Source: Eledone cirrhosa (taxonomy: Eukaryota). Taken from it: DNA of 64,000 nt. The stretch lies in the NCBI GenBank assembly GCA_964016885.1, contig OZ024743.1, forward strand, positions 79,856,001 through 79,920,000, written 5' to 3'. The notes below the pieces were generated by a model. It had not been told where the DNA came from, made no database searches, and saw only the letters and a list, made by a program, of their open reading frames with translations. Positions 29,394 to 43,156 of this stretch are shown here, piece after piece (position 1 is the stretch's first letter; each line of letters opens with the position of its first letter). A program made the translations under genes and the position numbers.

Positions 29394-29504
29394 GTATTCC
29401 GATGATTTGATCAAAGGTAAACACTGTATTTAAGGCCGAGTGACGCAAATTCGAGTGGTTAGCGGACTTTAGACTCACCTGATCAATGAAACATTTGTTA
29501 ATAC
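29394..29504 (+). ncRNA. Hammerhead motif with long stem II and CCGAUGA core (partner of 27914-28006)
   Basis: GTATT-CCGATGA-t-TTGATCA...TGATCAA-t-GAAA-CATTTG-TT-AATAC. Confidence 0.65.
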
Positions 29505-29553
29505 TTGAAATAAAACCCTTCTTGTACAGTCGACCATGTTATTCTTCAATCTT

Positions 29554-29595
<42 letters not shown>

Positions 29596-30475
29596 CAATC
29601 ATTGTAAGTTTGCATCTGATATGCAAAAACATATGTGAATAAAGTAAGGCCAAATCATATTAGATTCAAATATCACAGATAACATTTTGAAAGTAGGTTT
29701 ATAATTATGAATTTTCATAAAATGATCGTAGTTATCTCTGTGGACTAGCGATAGTTACTAGAGACGGTGGAGATCTTAGCCTTGGGTTCTGAAATGAGGT
29801 GGAACAGAAATGAAATATGGATTACAAGTTAAAATATAGTCTAGATAGATGAGAAATAAAACAAGGATGTAGTTTGAGGGAACCTCTAAATGATTTAGAA
29901 GTCGACATTAAGTAGGAGCAATAACATTAAGAAAGATATGAACACTTTATTTACAACACTTTATTTTTAAAATTGTACAAGTAGGTTTATAAGTATGAAT
30001 TTTCATACGATTTTCGTAGTTGTCTCTGTGGCCTAGCGTTAGGTACTAGAGACGGTGGAGATCTTGGCCTTGGGTCAATCTTGGTCAACAGGTACATGTA
30101 AACATTTTCAGTTTTCATTTTACAACTCGTACAAAAAAACTGAAAAGTTTTACCGAGAACCCTACTCCCGACCAAGATCGAACTTAAGACCTGGATCACC
30201 GCCGTCTATGACTCTTCCAACTAGGCCATCGAGACAGCTACAAAACTATTATGAAAATTGATACTTATAAATCTACTTCCAAAATAAAATTTACAAAGAT
30301 GTGGTGTAGTTCATGGCTTTCCTAGAGCTATTAGTAATATTTAGGGACGACTTTTCAATTTTCTGGCCATTTGGTAACAACCTAATCATGCCTATGTGTG
30401 TTTAACTGTTGAATTAATTTAATTTGATTATTTTAGTACACAAATAATACACACACACAGATAAACACACACACG

Positions 30476-30554
<79 letters not shown>

Positions 30555-30954
30555 CTATATGTATATCTATACTATAAATCTGACGGCCGTATGTAAGTAA
30601 CAAATCTTCCGCCAAGCGGCTGGACCAAACGGCACCAAATTTCCACCATAGATGTAACTTTTTCCAAGTAAGAAAGTGAGGGTATTTTTGTCTACTGAAT
30701 TCTGTTAAAAGATTAAAGACATTATTTAAATATACACTTCTTTAAAACTTTTAAATGTGAACACTTCCCTTTATACGACATTCCTAACATCTTCACGAAC
30801 CAAAGTATTATCTTCGTGTTTTTTTCGGTTGCAACGCTTTTCGAAATATTTACATCTGCGTTCACAGATTGATTTTTCTAGTTTCAGAAGATCCCGTTAA
30901 GGGTGAAATCAGCCATTCTTTACTTAAACTTTAATCTGTTATTTTAATATATAT

Positions 30955-31461
30955 ATATAAGTATGTATACGTACATACATATATGTATATAGATGTACAG
31001 TAGTATGTATATATAGACATACATGCACGCATATATATATATATGTACGTATGGATTCACCGAACATTTATTATAATGCTCGGTGTGTTTGTAAACAAAC
31101 ATCCCGAATTAAGCCGTACAGTGTTTAGCAACCATCGTTGCCCTTTTGTTCAACACTGACAAAGGAACGATGTACTAGTTTCAAGCTTATTAGCTATCGT
31201 CAGCACCGTATACCTTCCTGCCAGATGATAGCTAATAAGCTTGAAACTAGTATATCGTTCCTTTGTCAGTGTTGAACAAAAGGGCAACGATGGTTGCTAA
31301 ACACTGTACGGCTTAATTCGGGAGGTTTGTTTACAAACACACCGAGCATTATAATAAATGTTCGGTGAATCCATACGTACATATATATATGTGTGCATGT
31401 ATGTATATATATACATACTACTGTACATCTGTATAAATATATGTATGTATACATACTTATA
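30955..31461. repeat. About 500-bp near-perfect fold-back palindrome inserted in the Helitron's (TA)n
   Basis: Arms of about 245 bp with an 18-nt spacer at about 31204-31221. The homologous Helitron copy at about 19490 has only (TA)n here. Confidence 0.9.
31169..31207 (-). ncRNA. Minimal hammerhead ribozyme in the left arm; mirror copy 31222-31256 is defective
   Basis: Minus strand GGTG-CTGACGA-t-AGCT aata AGCT-t-GAAA-CTAG-TA-CATC. The mirror has CAGATGA and lacks stem I. Confidence 0.82.
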
Positions 31462-32491
31462 TTTAAGTAACAGCCGTACTAAGAGTGAGAAATGAAATTT
31501 CGTTTCATTTTTTTCCGTTTATATATATATATATATATAATTATATATTCGTGTACAGATATTTTTGCATACACGAAACAAACGTATTTATTTCACGAAA
31601 GCGCAGACGGCTTATCGTCATTGTTACTCCCGATATGTCACCCCAAACGTCCTAGCCTGGCCGCAAGATCAGATTTTCCAAAAGAAAAAATCTTACTAGA
31701 GCAACAGAGAGACTAAGCTTCGTGATTACCATCAACAGACTCAGGGTCAAACCCTAAAACTGGCTGGCCTTCATCTGGGAAAACCATGGTCAATTGTATG
31801 TAGGATGCTCTAGGGTGAGCTAAGGAAGAGGAGAGGAAGGAGAGAAGGAGAAAGGAAACCTACAATGAAAGAACATCTTAAAGCCAAATGTATTTATTAA
31901 CATTTCTATCTGCAGGTTCTTAGCAAGCTTACTGACGCTTTAGTATGGTATTCAATTCTCATATCGTTTTTGATTGATATGGTGCATATATCGCAGCTAT
32001 TCACATGTTTTAAACATTAGATAACGATTGCTAATGTATATTGTATGACAATTAGCAAAAAAATATTTTGAATGAACAAATAAAAGAGATATAAAAGAGA
32101 GATGTTTGTTGGTTGGTTCTTTCGCGTATCACACGAAAAAACCCCCAAAAGTGACAAGCGGAAAGTATGTACAGGATTGGGATACGAGTATATCCAGGAA
32201 AGATTATTGATACTAATTTTATAGCACCAAAGAAGAAGAAAGACATACCACGTATGCTAACCAACCTGACTGTTATTTCTAGCAGGTTGGGAATCAACCA
32301 TAAGGGATTCTCTCTGCGAGTTCGTTGTCAGTGATGATCGTGTTTCGCGGCCTATGTCTTCGATTCCAATGGTGAATTACATACACACACACACGCACAT
32401 GCACACACACCAATACCCACACATGCACATACATATATATATATACACACACGTTGTATATATATATATATATATATATATAACCCCCACC

Positions 32492-32561
<70 letters not shown>

Positions 32562-32622
32562 AACCCACACACATACACGAACACTCACACACACACATAT
32601 ATATATACACAAACACACACAA

Positions 32623-32657
<35 letters not shown>

Positions 32658-32946
32658 ATACACCTACACTGTAAACAAGACAATGCATTCAATACAGGCG
32701 TTTTCTCTTCTGCCGGTCTTCTCTTAACATTTGTTAACCTTGGCGAAGCTGGGTACTTCAGCTAGTATATATATATATATATATATATATAAGCAGGATG
32801 TATGGTAGGTCGTACGTAAATCGCGATGATCACGCCTGACCTACCAAATATGCGACGGTAGCTAGTTAAGCTCTATGCGTATAAGCAGAGCAGAAATATT
32901 AATGAAAAAGAACAAAGGAACTATTATGACATTATAACAAGTTTAT

Positions 32947-32993
32947 TGCCGACAGCCGTTTCGTCCGACCATATGGTGGGACTTTTCAAGGCA
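32947..32993 (-). ncRNA. Hammerhead ribozyme, U3-A8 variant, in an ORF-less island between (TA)n tracts
   Basis: Minus strand TGCC-TTGAAAA-GTCC caccatatggtc GGAC-GAAA-CGGCTG-TC-GGCA. Confidence 0.85.
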
Positions 32994-33052
32994 TATAACA
33001 GGTGATTGTAAGTTCATTATTTACATCAACGTTTGACTCAAGATTAGCAGTT

Positions 33053-33120
<68 letters not shown>

Positions 33121-33162
33121 GATATTAAATAAATGGAAACTATATTTATAAAACCATATTTA

Positions 33163-33224
33163 TTTCATTATATATATTTCAGGGATATCATATTAACAAT
33201 ATGTTATGCCTTCCTCAGACAAAA
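33163..33224 (-). ncRNA. Hammerhead ribozyme, same family as 46794-47049
   Basis: Minus strand TTTTGT-CTGAGGA-AGG...CCT-GAAA-TATATA-TA-ATGAAA. Confidence 0.78.
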
Positions 33225-33557
33225 TACAATATAGACAGTTTTATAGATAAATAGATTTGACATACCGTTCAACATCGACTTGTATTTGAAAAAGTTGATT
33301 TGGCAGTGAAAAATTGTAAACAGAAAGAAAGAAAGAGAGAAAGAAGGAAAAAAGAAAGAAAACGAAGAAAAAGAAGAAAAAGAAGAAATGCATGCAACAA
33401 AATAGAGAGATGGAAAGATAGATAAAGAGAAGAACTTCATGTAAAGAAACAGAGAGAGATATATATAGAGAGAGGAAATAGATAGAGATAGATATATATA
33501 GAGAAAAATAGGTAGTTGGACATCCGTTTTGTAACCCAACAATTTAAATATAACTTT

Positions 33558-33599
<42 letters not shown>

Positions 33600-34661
33600 C
33601 CAATCATTAAAAGTTTTCATCTGACATGCAAAAACATATATATATATATGAATAAAGTAAGTCCAAATCATTGTAGATTCAAATACCACAGAGAGAAGAG
33701 AGAGGGTGGTGAGATAGTGGGTGGAATGGGAGAAATGAGGTGGAACAGAAATGAAACATGGATTACAGGTTAAAATATAGTCTAGATAGATGAGAAACAA
33801 AACAGGTACATGTAAACTTTTTCAGTTTTTTTTTATAACTCATAGAAAAAAACTGAAAAGGTTTACCGGGAGCCCTACTCCCGACCAAGATCGAACATCA
33901 GACCAGGATCACCACCGTCTATGACTCTTCGAAGTAGGCTATCGAGATAGCTACTAAACCGTCATGAAAATTGATAATTATATACCTACTTTCAAAATCA
34001 AATTTAAAAAGATGTGTGTAGTTCATGTCTTTCCTATAGCTATTAGTAATATTGAGTGATGACTTGTCAATCTTCTGGCCATTTGGTAACAACCTTATCA
34101 TGCCTATGTGTGTTTAACTGTTTAATTTAATTTAATTTGATTATTTTAGTAAACAAATAATCTCTGTGTCCTTAAAACAGTACACACATATATTTATTTT
34201 TTCATATCCAATTGAGTTCTTCGCACGAGGCTTGAATTCTTGACATGGTTCAATGACCTGCGTGTATATTATTTTATTTTTCACGATGACCTCCCCCTCC
34301 CATTTGGGGACAGTGTGATATTTTCTTTAGAACTGCTAAACATACAACCTAGCAGTTCCTTCTAGCAATGATGGAGATTATCGCGAAATATTGATGTTGA
34401 TTTAGTTATTAATATTAATATTATTGGGCACCCGCTGAAGATTTATACGAGCCCACTTGCATAGGAATCCACTGATCTTATACAAGCTTCTATATAACTT
34501 GGTATAATTTCACCCACCATGTAGAAATCTTATAATGAAACGATCGTATGGAAAATGAGATTTTTAATATATCTCATATAAAATAATACAGCCGATTTTC
34601 CAGACAATACAATATAGTTAGCACCCCAAACGTTTAATTGGGAATATACTGTTTACAGACG

Positions 34662-36930
34662 TTTACATCAATATGGCCCCTCCTGATGACCTTAAATTAA
34701 GACCCATAATAGCAGGCACCACATGTGAAACCCACCGCCTAAGCAACTTCCTAGATATTCTGCTTAAACCTTTCCTAAAACACATAAAAAGCTTCATAAG
34801 GGACGACCTTGACATGCTCAACCACCTCCCAACAACACTCAATAATGAACATGCCCTACTAGTAACCTTTGATGTCATCAATTAATATTCCAATATCCCA
34901 TACAACCTAGGTATAGAGGCAATACAATTCTTGCTTGAAAATTTCCCTAGTGAACTCCCACAGCGCATCCCTAAAGAATGTGTGTTGGAGGGACTCAAAT
35001 TCATCTTGGAAAACAATTTCTTCGAATTCAATGCCAAATACTACAGACAGAAATATGGGACTGCCATGGGCACGAAAGTGGCCCCCTTATACGCCAGCCT
35101 TGTCATGAGATATTTGGAAACCACTCTCTACCGCAAAGTTCTAGACAAATACGGCAACCACTTCTACCAACACATAGAAAAGAACTGTAAGAGATATCTG
35201 GACGACTGCTTCATCCTCTGGCATGAAAGTATAGATAGACTGTTTGAGTTTAAAACCCTTCTGAATGGACTCAACACAAACTTACAATTCACAATGGATT
35301 ACAGCCATGAACAACTCCCTTTCCTCGATATCCTCATCAAGAAAACAAGCAACAAAATAGAAACAGACATATACTACAAACCCACAGACTCCAAATAATA
35401 TCTTCCATTCAACTCGTGCCACCCTAGACACGCTAAAATGGCAATTCCTTAAAACCTACCCAGAAGGATCTGCACAATAGTTTCAGATAAATACACATGT
35501 TACACACGACTAGAAGAATTAAAAAACACACTTATCAGCAGAAACTACCCACCATCCCTAATCAACTATGGATTCCAACGTGCCCTAAAACTAGACATCC
35601 AGGAACTCAGACACCCCAAACCCAGGAATGAACCGCAACAAAAAACTCTACCATACATCTCCACACACAACCCCCTCAACAATGGAGCATTCGACACCAT
35701 CCTCCAGAACATTTCTTTACTAAAAAGAGACCCAAGAATGAACAAAATCCTCCAAACACACAACATCATAAAGAGCAAAAGACAACCTAAATCCATAAAA
35801 AACATCCTCACACAAGCCAAAATCCAACCAACCCTCTCAATGAACCCTACAGTAACAACATGCGGAAGGCCCAACTGTAGCATATGCATAAATCTAATAG
35901 AAGGTTCAACATTCCATTTTAAACAAGGACAGCGTTTCACAGTTAAACACAACTTTACATGTGTATCTGAAAACCTAATCTATGTTTTGACCTGCTCAGG
36001 TTGTCAAGAGCACTACATAGGACAGACAAAAAACAGCCTCCGTCAACGTATGACCATCCATAATTCACAAATTAAAATACAGGAATACAGAAAGATTGCA
36101 TTTAGTGAACATATCGCCAATTGTGCTCACAACCAACATCCAAACTTTAACATTTTTTCCCATTTACAAATTCATAGACGACGCTACTTTCATCCAACGT
36201 ACCAATAAGGAAACATATTTCATTAACAAATTCCAACCTCTACTTAATGCTCTAAAAATCGGACCAATCTAAAACTGCAACAAACAATCAAACATTTACA
36301 AGAGTTACCTCCGTCACACCCTAACTAATCCTTTTTCTTAAATAAATTAAATATCATCCATCAAGAATTGTTCATCCCTGCATATTAACTCTCTAAAAAG
36401 GGAAATCATATCACACCTCAGTCCACCATTTGCCTCCATCATGTAATCATGGATCAACTAAGCACTCTTGCTATATTAACACATTTTGATCTGCTTAACT
36501 TCATTTTGATCTGCTTAACATTATTTTTTCTTCCATATTGACTTTTTATGCTCTACATTAAGACCGTTTTTTTTCTTTTTTCTTTTTTCTTTTTTCTTTT
36601 TTCTTTTTTCTTTTTTCTTTTTTCTTTTTTCTTTTTTCTTTTTTCTTTTTTCTTTTTTCTTTTTTCTTTTTTCTTTTTTCTTTTTTCTTTTTTCTTTTCA
36701 CTTCATAAACCTTGTTTGTAAATAACATTATTCTTTCTGTCCCTTCTCTTTAACATGTGCGACGCCACACTAATACATTTCACTATCATTTGATAATGCA
36801 TAAAAATGCTGAAACCGGTAATAGACAATTATTAAATATATAAATAGATAAATAAATGCCATTGTTAAATAATAAATAAATCAACAACTAATACCTTAAC
36901 ACTTCACACAAAGTAAAACATTTCGTTTTA
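34662..36930 (+). mobile_element. Penelope-like element (Neptune-type architecture), 5'-truncated and decayed
   Basis: LRPIIAG, LVTFDV, QKYGTAMGTKVAP, RYLDDCF, LPFLD, YYKPTD. Cys linker CGRPNCSIC. NLIYVLTCSGCQEHYIGQT...R...H. 3' UTR has (CTTTTTT)n and an HHR. Confidence 0.92.
36783..36824 (+). ncRNA. Minimal hammerhead, U3-A8 variant (PLE 3' region)
   Basis: TTGATAA-t-GCAT aaaa ATGC-t-GAAA-CCGG-TA; stem I weak. Confidence 0.65.
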
Positions 36931-37518
36931 ATCATTTTCTAACCCAGAAAAGAGAGAGAGAGAAACAAAAAGGAAAAATAAAATTTTTCTTCCTAATAAT
37001 CGTCTCTTTCTCCCTGTTTTCATATATATATATATATATAATGCCAATCATTGTAAGTTTTGATCTGACATGCAAAAACATATATATATAAATAAAGTAA
37101 GCCCAAATGATAGTAAATTCAAATACCACAGAGAGAAGAGAGAGGGTGGTGAGATAGTGGGTGAAAGGGGAGAAATGAGGTGGACCAGAAATGGAACATG
37201 GATTACAGGTTAAAATATATGAAAATTGATAATTATAAACCTACTTTCAAAATCAAAGTTAAAAAGATGTGGTGTCCTTCATGGCTTTCCTAGAGCTATT
37301 AGTAATATTTAGGTTCGACTTCTGGTCATTATTGAAAGTCTATGGATTTCGAAAAATACATAATATTGTTTATTGCACTGTTTGGTTCTCACTTAGGTAT
37401 TTTTGAAAATGTTATTTATTCAGTATGAAAATTAAATGATAGTATTCTATATGTAGGTTGGCCCCCTTCATCTCCTGGCGACCAATAACTTGACACCCAG
37501 TCACCCACTGAATGTATC

Positions 37519-37606
<88 letters not shown>

Positions 37607-37677
37607 AAGGCGGTGCCCCAGAATAGTCTCAGCATTACGGCTGGAACACATAATAGAATATATATATATATAGAATA

Positions 37678-37742
<65 letters not shown>

Positions 37743-38240
37743 TTCGATTTGTGATATTTTGTATTCTTACAATAATATACACAACTGAATTCATTCACCT
37801 AATATAGGAGTTGCCTCCCTTGCTGATCCCCACGTGGATTTAGTAAAAGTCTTCCCCTGTATTATTGAACTAAAGGCCTGTTGAAAAAGCGACTTCCTTG
37901 TTCATCATCTTACCAGAAGCCGGACATTTTTTATGTAGGCGGACGGTACCTGATTTAGGAGCCGCAGAAACCCAAATGCTGGATTTTTCCATCTTTCCAG
38001 CGGGTCCGGGTAAATTTTTCAATCATATATATTTTTATTTGTTTGACCCGAATTACTTGATCGTATTTTTTGGCTGTGCGAATGATTGTTTAAGCATCGT
38101 CTCGGTGTGTTGGTATTAAACGTTAGTTATAGCTCTGGTTCATCCGAACCATTGAGCACTTTGCCGCACATTTCGAAGATTGTTTTTCGTTATTTCGTGG
38201 GCCGAAGTTCCGATTCTCGATAATTTTATTTGTATATATA

Positions 38241-38798
38241 TATATCATAAAACATGTCTATAGAATCACCAGATAAAATATATACCATTTCCTCTCCCAA
38301 CTAGCATTAACCATATAAAAAATCGATCAGGCCAAGCTATAAGAATAAAGGCTTCTATGAAGAAATCTCCGACAAATAACCGAAAGCAGCCCTTCGCGCC
38401 GGCTGCGACGGAGCATTTATCGAGTATTTCGACAGCGTGTACAAATCGCCCAGATATACAGTCAACAAACAGAGTTAGGTGTAAAATAAACTAGGAGAAA
38501 GGTGAACATATTTAGTTACCTCTATCATGGTTTCGCCCGCATTTTAAGATATCCGATAACATCGGGCATCCAGAGTACCGGACTCTTCAGGAAGTTAGCT
38601 CAAACTTAGAAAATAAATTTTCCAAAGTGATCGCGCCAAGAATACATTAAAAAATGGCTAAGAATCGTGACGTAGCAGCGGTCAGGTTAGAAAGAATGTG
38701 ATTGGATGCTTACGGCTGGTGGCATTTTGCTAGAAAGCGCGCACAATACAACCAAAACTGCATGTCAACCTAAGGGAGATTATTACATATAAAGGTTT

Positions 38799-38840
<42 letters not shown>

Positions 38841-38932
38841 TTTGCAACGGGTCACTTTGTGGCCCAATAAAGAGTTAATAAATTAAATAATCAGAGCTAT
38901 ATATCATAAAACATGTCTATAGAATCACCAGA
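38241..38932 (-). mobile_element. ORF-less HHR-bearing unit bounded by 33-bp perfect direct repeats
   Basis: TATATCATAAAACATGTCTATAGAATCACCAGA at 38241-38273 and 38900-38932; HHR at 38518-38595. Confidence 0.6.
38518..38595 (-). ncRNA. Type-I hammerhead ribozyme with extended stem II
   Basis: Minus strand ACTTC-CTGAAGA-GTCCG...(CCGAT gtt ATCGG)...CGGGC-GAAA-CCATGA-TA-GAGGT. Confidence 0.8.
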
Positions 38933-39659
38933 AAAAAAAAAAAATATATATCTGTCTCTCTCTCTCTTTCTCTCTCCCCCTCTCTCTTTGTATATATATA
39001 TATATATATATGTGTGTGTATGTGTGTGTGTGTGAATGTGTGTGTGTGTGTTTATGGGTATGTATGTATGGGTATGTACGTGTGTGTATGAATGTATATG
39101 TAAGTGTATGTGTGTGTCTACAGACCAATATATATTTTGTGTTTCAATTCTTATTTTACTCCTTATTACATTATATCTCTAATTTTTTACATCTGTTTTT
39201 GTTAAATGTTTATTATTCATATTTTTTTATCTCCTCCCCTTCAGCTCTCTTCTCCCAAATTCTCTCTCTCTAAGTCTCTCTTTGTCTAACTCTCTCTATC
39301 TTTAACACACACACTCTCTCTCTAACTGTCTCTCCTTGTCACTCTCTCTCTATCTCTCACTCTCTCTCTAAGTCTCTCTTTGTCTAAATCTCTCTATCTT
39401 TAACACACACACTCTCTCTAACTGTCTCTCCTTGTCTCTCTCTCTGTCTCACTCTCTCTCTCTCTCACCCGCTTTCTCTCCCTGTTACTCTCTCCCTGTT
39501 ACTCTCTCCCTCTATCCTCCGTCCTCCATTACAACCGGGTTGTATACCTCATGTTTGGGTGTTGAATAATGAAACAATATAATTTGAATTTAAAAAATGT
39601 GGAAAAAACTATCCAAGGTGATTAAACCATATAGTGTTGAGGAAGTCCCAGGTAGACAC

Positions 39660-40832
39660 ACAAACACACTAACATATACACTAACATATACACTAACATA
39701 CACACTAACATACACACTAACATATACACTAACATATACACTAACATATACACTAACAAATACACTAACATATACACTAACATATACACTAACATATACA
39801 CTAATATATACACTAACATATACACTAACAAATACATTAACATATACACTAACATATACACTAACAAATACACTAACATATACACTAACATATACACTAA
39901 CATAAATACTAACATATACACTAACATATACACTAACATATACACTAACATATACACTAACGCACTAACAAATACACTAACATATACACTAACAAATACA
40001 CTAACATATACACTAACATACACACTAACATATACACTAACATATACACTACACACTAACAAATACACTAACATACACACTAACATACACACTAACATAC
40101 ACACTAGCATACACACTAGCATATACACTAACATATACACTAACATATACACTAACATATACACTAACATATACACTAACAAATACACTAACATATACAC
40201 TAACATATACACTAACATACACACTAACATATACACTAACATATACACTTCACACTAACAAATACACTAACATATAGACTAACATACACACTAACATACA
40301 CACTAGCATACACACTAGCATATACACTAACATATACACTAACATACACACTAGCATATACAATAACATACACACTAACATACACACTAACATACACACT
40401 AGCATACACACTAACATACACACTAACATACACACTAACATACACACTAACATATATACTAACATACACACTAACATATACACTGACATATACACTAACA
40501 TATACACTAACATATACACTAACATATACACTAACATATACACTAACACACACACTAACATATAGACTAACATACACTAACATATACACTAACATACACA
40601 CTAACATACACACTAACACACTAACATATACACTAACATATACACTAACATATACAATAACACACTGACATATACACTAACATACACACTAACACACTAA
40701 AATATACACTAACATATACTCTAACAAATACACTAAAATACACACTAACATATACACTAACATACACACTAACATACACGCTAACATATACACTAACATA
40801 CACACTAACATATACACTAACATATACACTCA
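39660..40832. repeat. 12-bp minisatellite (CATATACACTAA)n, about 95 copies
   Basis: Direct reading; explains the YTLT and MLVY ORFs. Confidence 0.97.
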
Positions 40833-40939
40833 TATATATATATTAGATTGGGTGTTCAAAATACCATTATACTTAAAAGAGTGAAACATTTAACTGAATG
40901 AGCACTCAAGTAGCGTGTAACTTTGATTTGTCCGCTTCT

Positions 40940-40975
<36 letters not shown>

Positions 40976-41128
40976 CATATATATATGTGTGTGTGTGTCT
41001 GTGTGTGGGGAGTGCGTGTGTGTAGAACAAATATATACATATATATATACTCATACATTCTGTTTCAAGAACACAAACACACACTTTGTATACAAGTAAT
41101 CTCGGAGACACTTACATAGATAGACATA

Positions 41129-41167
<39 letters not shown>

Positions 41168-41874
41168 ACACGTACATACACACACACACTCTCTTACTCC
41201 CCCCTCTCTCCCAATGAAATAAGTAACAGGTGATGTATGAGAAACAGACCTCCCAGCCACACCCAGCCAATCGATGGCCAATATATTTCTAGAAGTACAA
41301 GTAATCAATATTTATGTTTAAAGTTCAGTTATGTGGCATTTCTGAAGATGGAACTCTTCCTAAATGTTGCTGTTCTTGTTGGGTCTCTGTCGGTTTCCAC
41401 GACGAGTAGTCTTGTTGATGTCAAATGAAACAGCCAGCTCGTAAAATTATTTCACAAGTTACTGAGTAATTCACAGACACGTGTACCACTAAATATTTCT
41501 CGAGGAAATTAAGCATGATACAATGTGTATCATCGCAAATGTTTTACAATTACAGGTGCATCTCGTCTGTTGTCAACTGGAACAACGTGATTAAAGGGAC
41601 TTGCTCAATAACGTCATACACCGCCGATAAACGAACTCACCATCATAGGAGACTGAGTAGAAGATACGACACCACTAAGCTACATGACTTCACTACACAA
41701 ACATACCTAGCTGTCTACATACATGTTTGTCTACATTCATACATACATACATACATACATACATACATACATACATACATACATACATACATACGTACAT
41801 ACACACATACATGCGTACCTACATACATACATACATGCGTACATACATACATACATACATCCATACATACATAG

Positions 41875-42900
41875 TGGCTGCCAACTCGTTTTCGAGTACG
41901 GCCACTACTTTATATCCATGTAGGAGAACCCCTACCGATACGCTGAACAAGTGTCACTTTTTAGTCCAGCCAGCGACTTGAAAACTCTGGTACAAACGCT
42001 ACACTTGTGACAATTATTGACACATAGTGCTGGGCCCATGGTACCATGTGACGACAAGTGCAGAGAGATCTCCAGATATAAAGCAAGGCCTGTGCCGTGA
42101 AGCTTTTATAGTGAGCAAAGGCACTGCACAAAGCCAGTCCCACTCTCTTAACCAAGATGATATTTACCAAAAAGAAGAACAAGTCAACATCATTGGATAC
42201 CATCAGGGTTGTAGGTGTTATATCAGAGTTTTCCTTCTCCTAGAATTCTGCCTTGACAAAGGCTAAGGGGTCATCTCTCCATACATACATACATACATAC
42301 ATACATACATACATACATACATACATACACACATACATACATACAAACATACGTACATACATACCTACGTACGTACATACATTCATTCATTCAATGATAC
42401 CCACGTACATACATACATATCTACATACATATCTACATACATAGATACATACATACATACATACATACATACATACATACATACATACATACATACATAC
42501 ATACATACACACATACATTCATTCATACATACGTACATATATACATGATGATGGCTGCCCCCTCGTTATCGAGTATGGCCATTGCCCGATATACCATTAT
42601 TAATAATAATTTATTAATTCTATCGTGCAATGCCTGTGCGTGAAGATATTTTTTAAAGTGACGAAAGACTGTGCACTGAGCCAATCCCACTCTCTGAGCG
42701 ACAATAGCTATAACCCGAAAAGAAGAAAATATCAAAATTATCAGTAACTACTGAGCCGCAGGTTTTATATCGGAGTTATCCCAGTTTCCTGAGTTGCCTT
42801 CTAGAAGAATGCCCTGAGAAAGGCTAGGGGTCCTTCACTCCCAGTGGTTTAACCGCGCGATCGGGTGTCCAACCTGACTATTTCTATGTCCCCGCGCATA
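41875..42900 (-). mobile_element. Two copies of a short non-autonomous retroposon, probably RTE-derived, with (ATGT)n tails; third copy at 45455-45970
   Basis: 42545-42860 is nearly identical to 45455-45775; 41875-42280 is a diverged relative. All abut (CATA)n. The RTE origin is inferred from resemblance only. Confidence 0.6.
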
Positions 42901-43156
42901 TACATTCACATGCACCCATGCATATACACATATACACACACATGTACATGTGTATATACATATTTACACACTTTTGGATGGCCGTTGACCCTTATGAGTT
43001 CTTCCGCCCTTTTATATATACATACATACATACGTACAAACATATATACGTACATACATACATACGTATGTACGTACATACATACATACATATGTACATA
43101 TATACATACATACGTACATACATAGTACGTACGTATGTACATACATACATACATAC

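Larger units (their letters stand above)
27858..29560 (+). mobile_element. 5'-truncated PLE 3' end (GIY-YIG C-terminus about 28191-28413) with an upstream inverted pseudo-LTR; two SINEs nested
   Basis: Translation FWQLKD...ISW...RAYNN*..CGLCNME...LLNS..E...CRH parallels ORF 16295-16618. About 27858-28066 is the reverse complement of about 29336-29560. Confidence 0.8.
30566..32765 (+). mobile_element. Non-autonomous Helitron, possibly two fused copies, with nested insertions
   Basis: 5' A|TC-TATACTATAAA; 3' GGCGAAGCTGGGTACTTCAG-CTAG|T. Helicase remnant HGQLYVGCSRVS at about 31785-31820. Homologous to 18990-20278. Confidence 0.7.
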
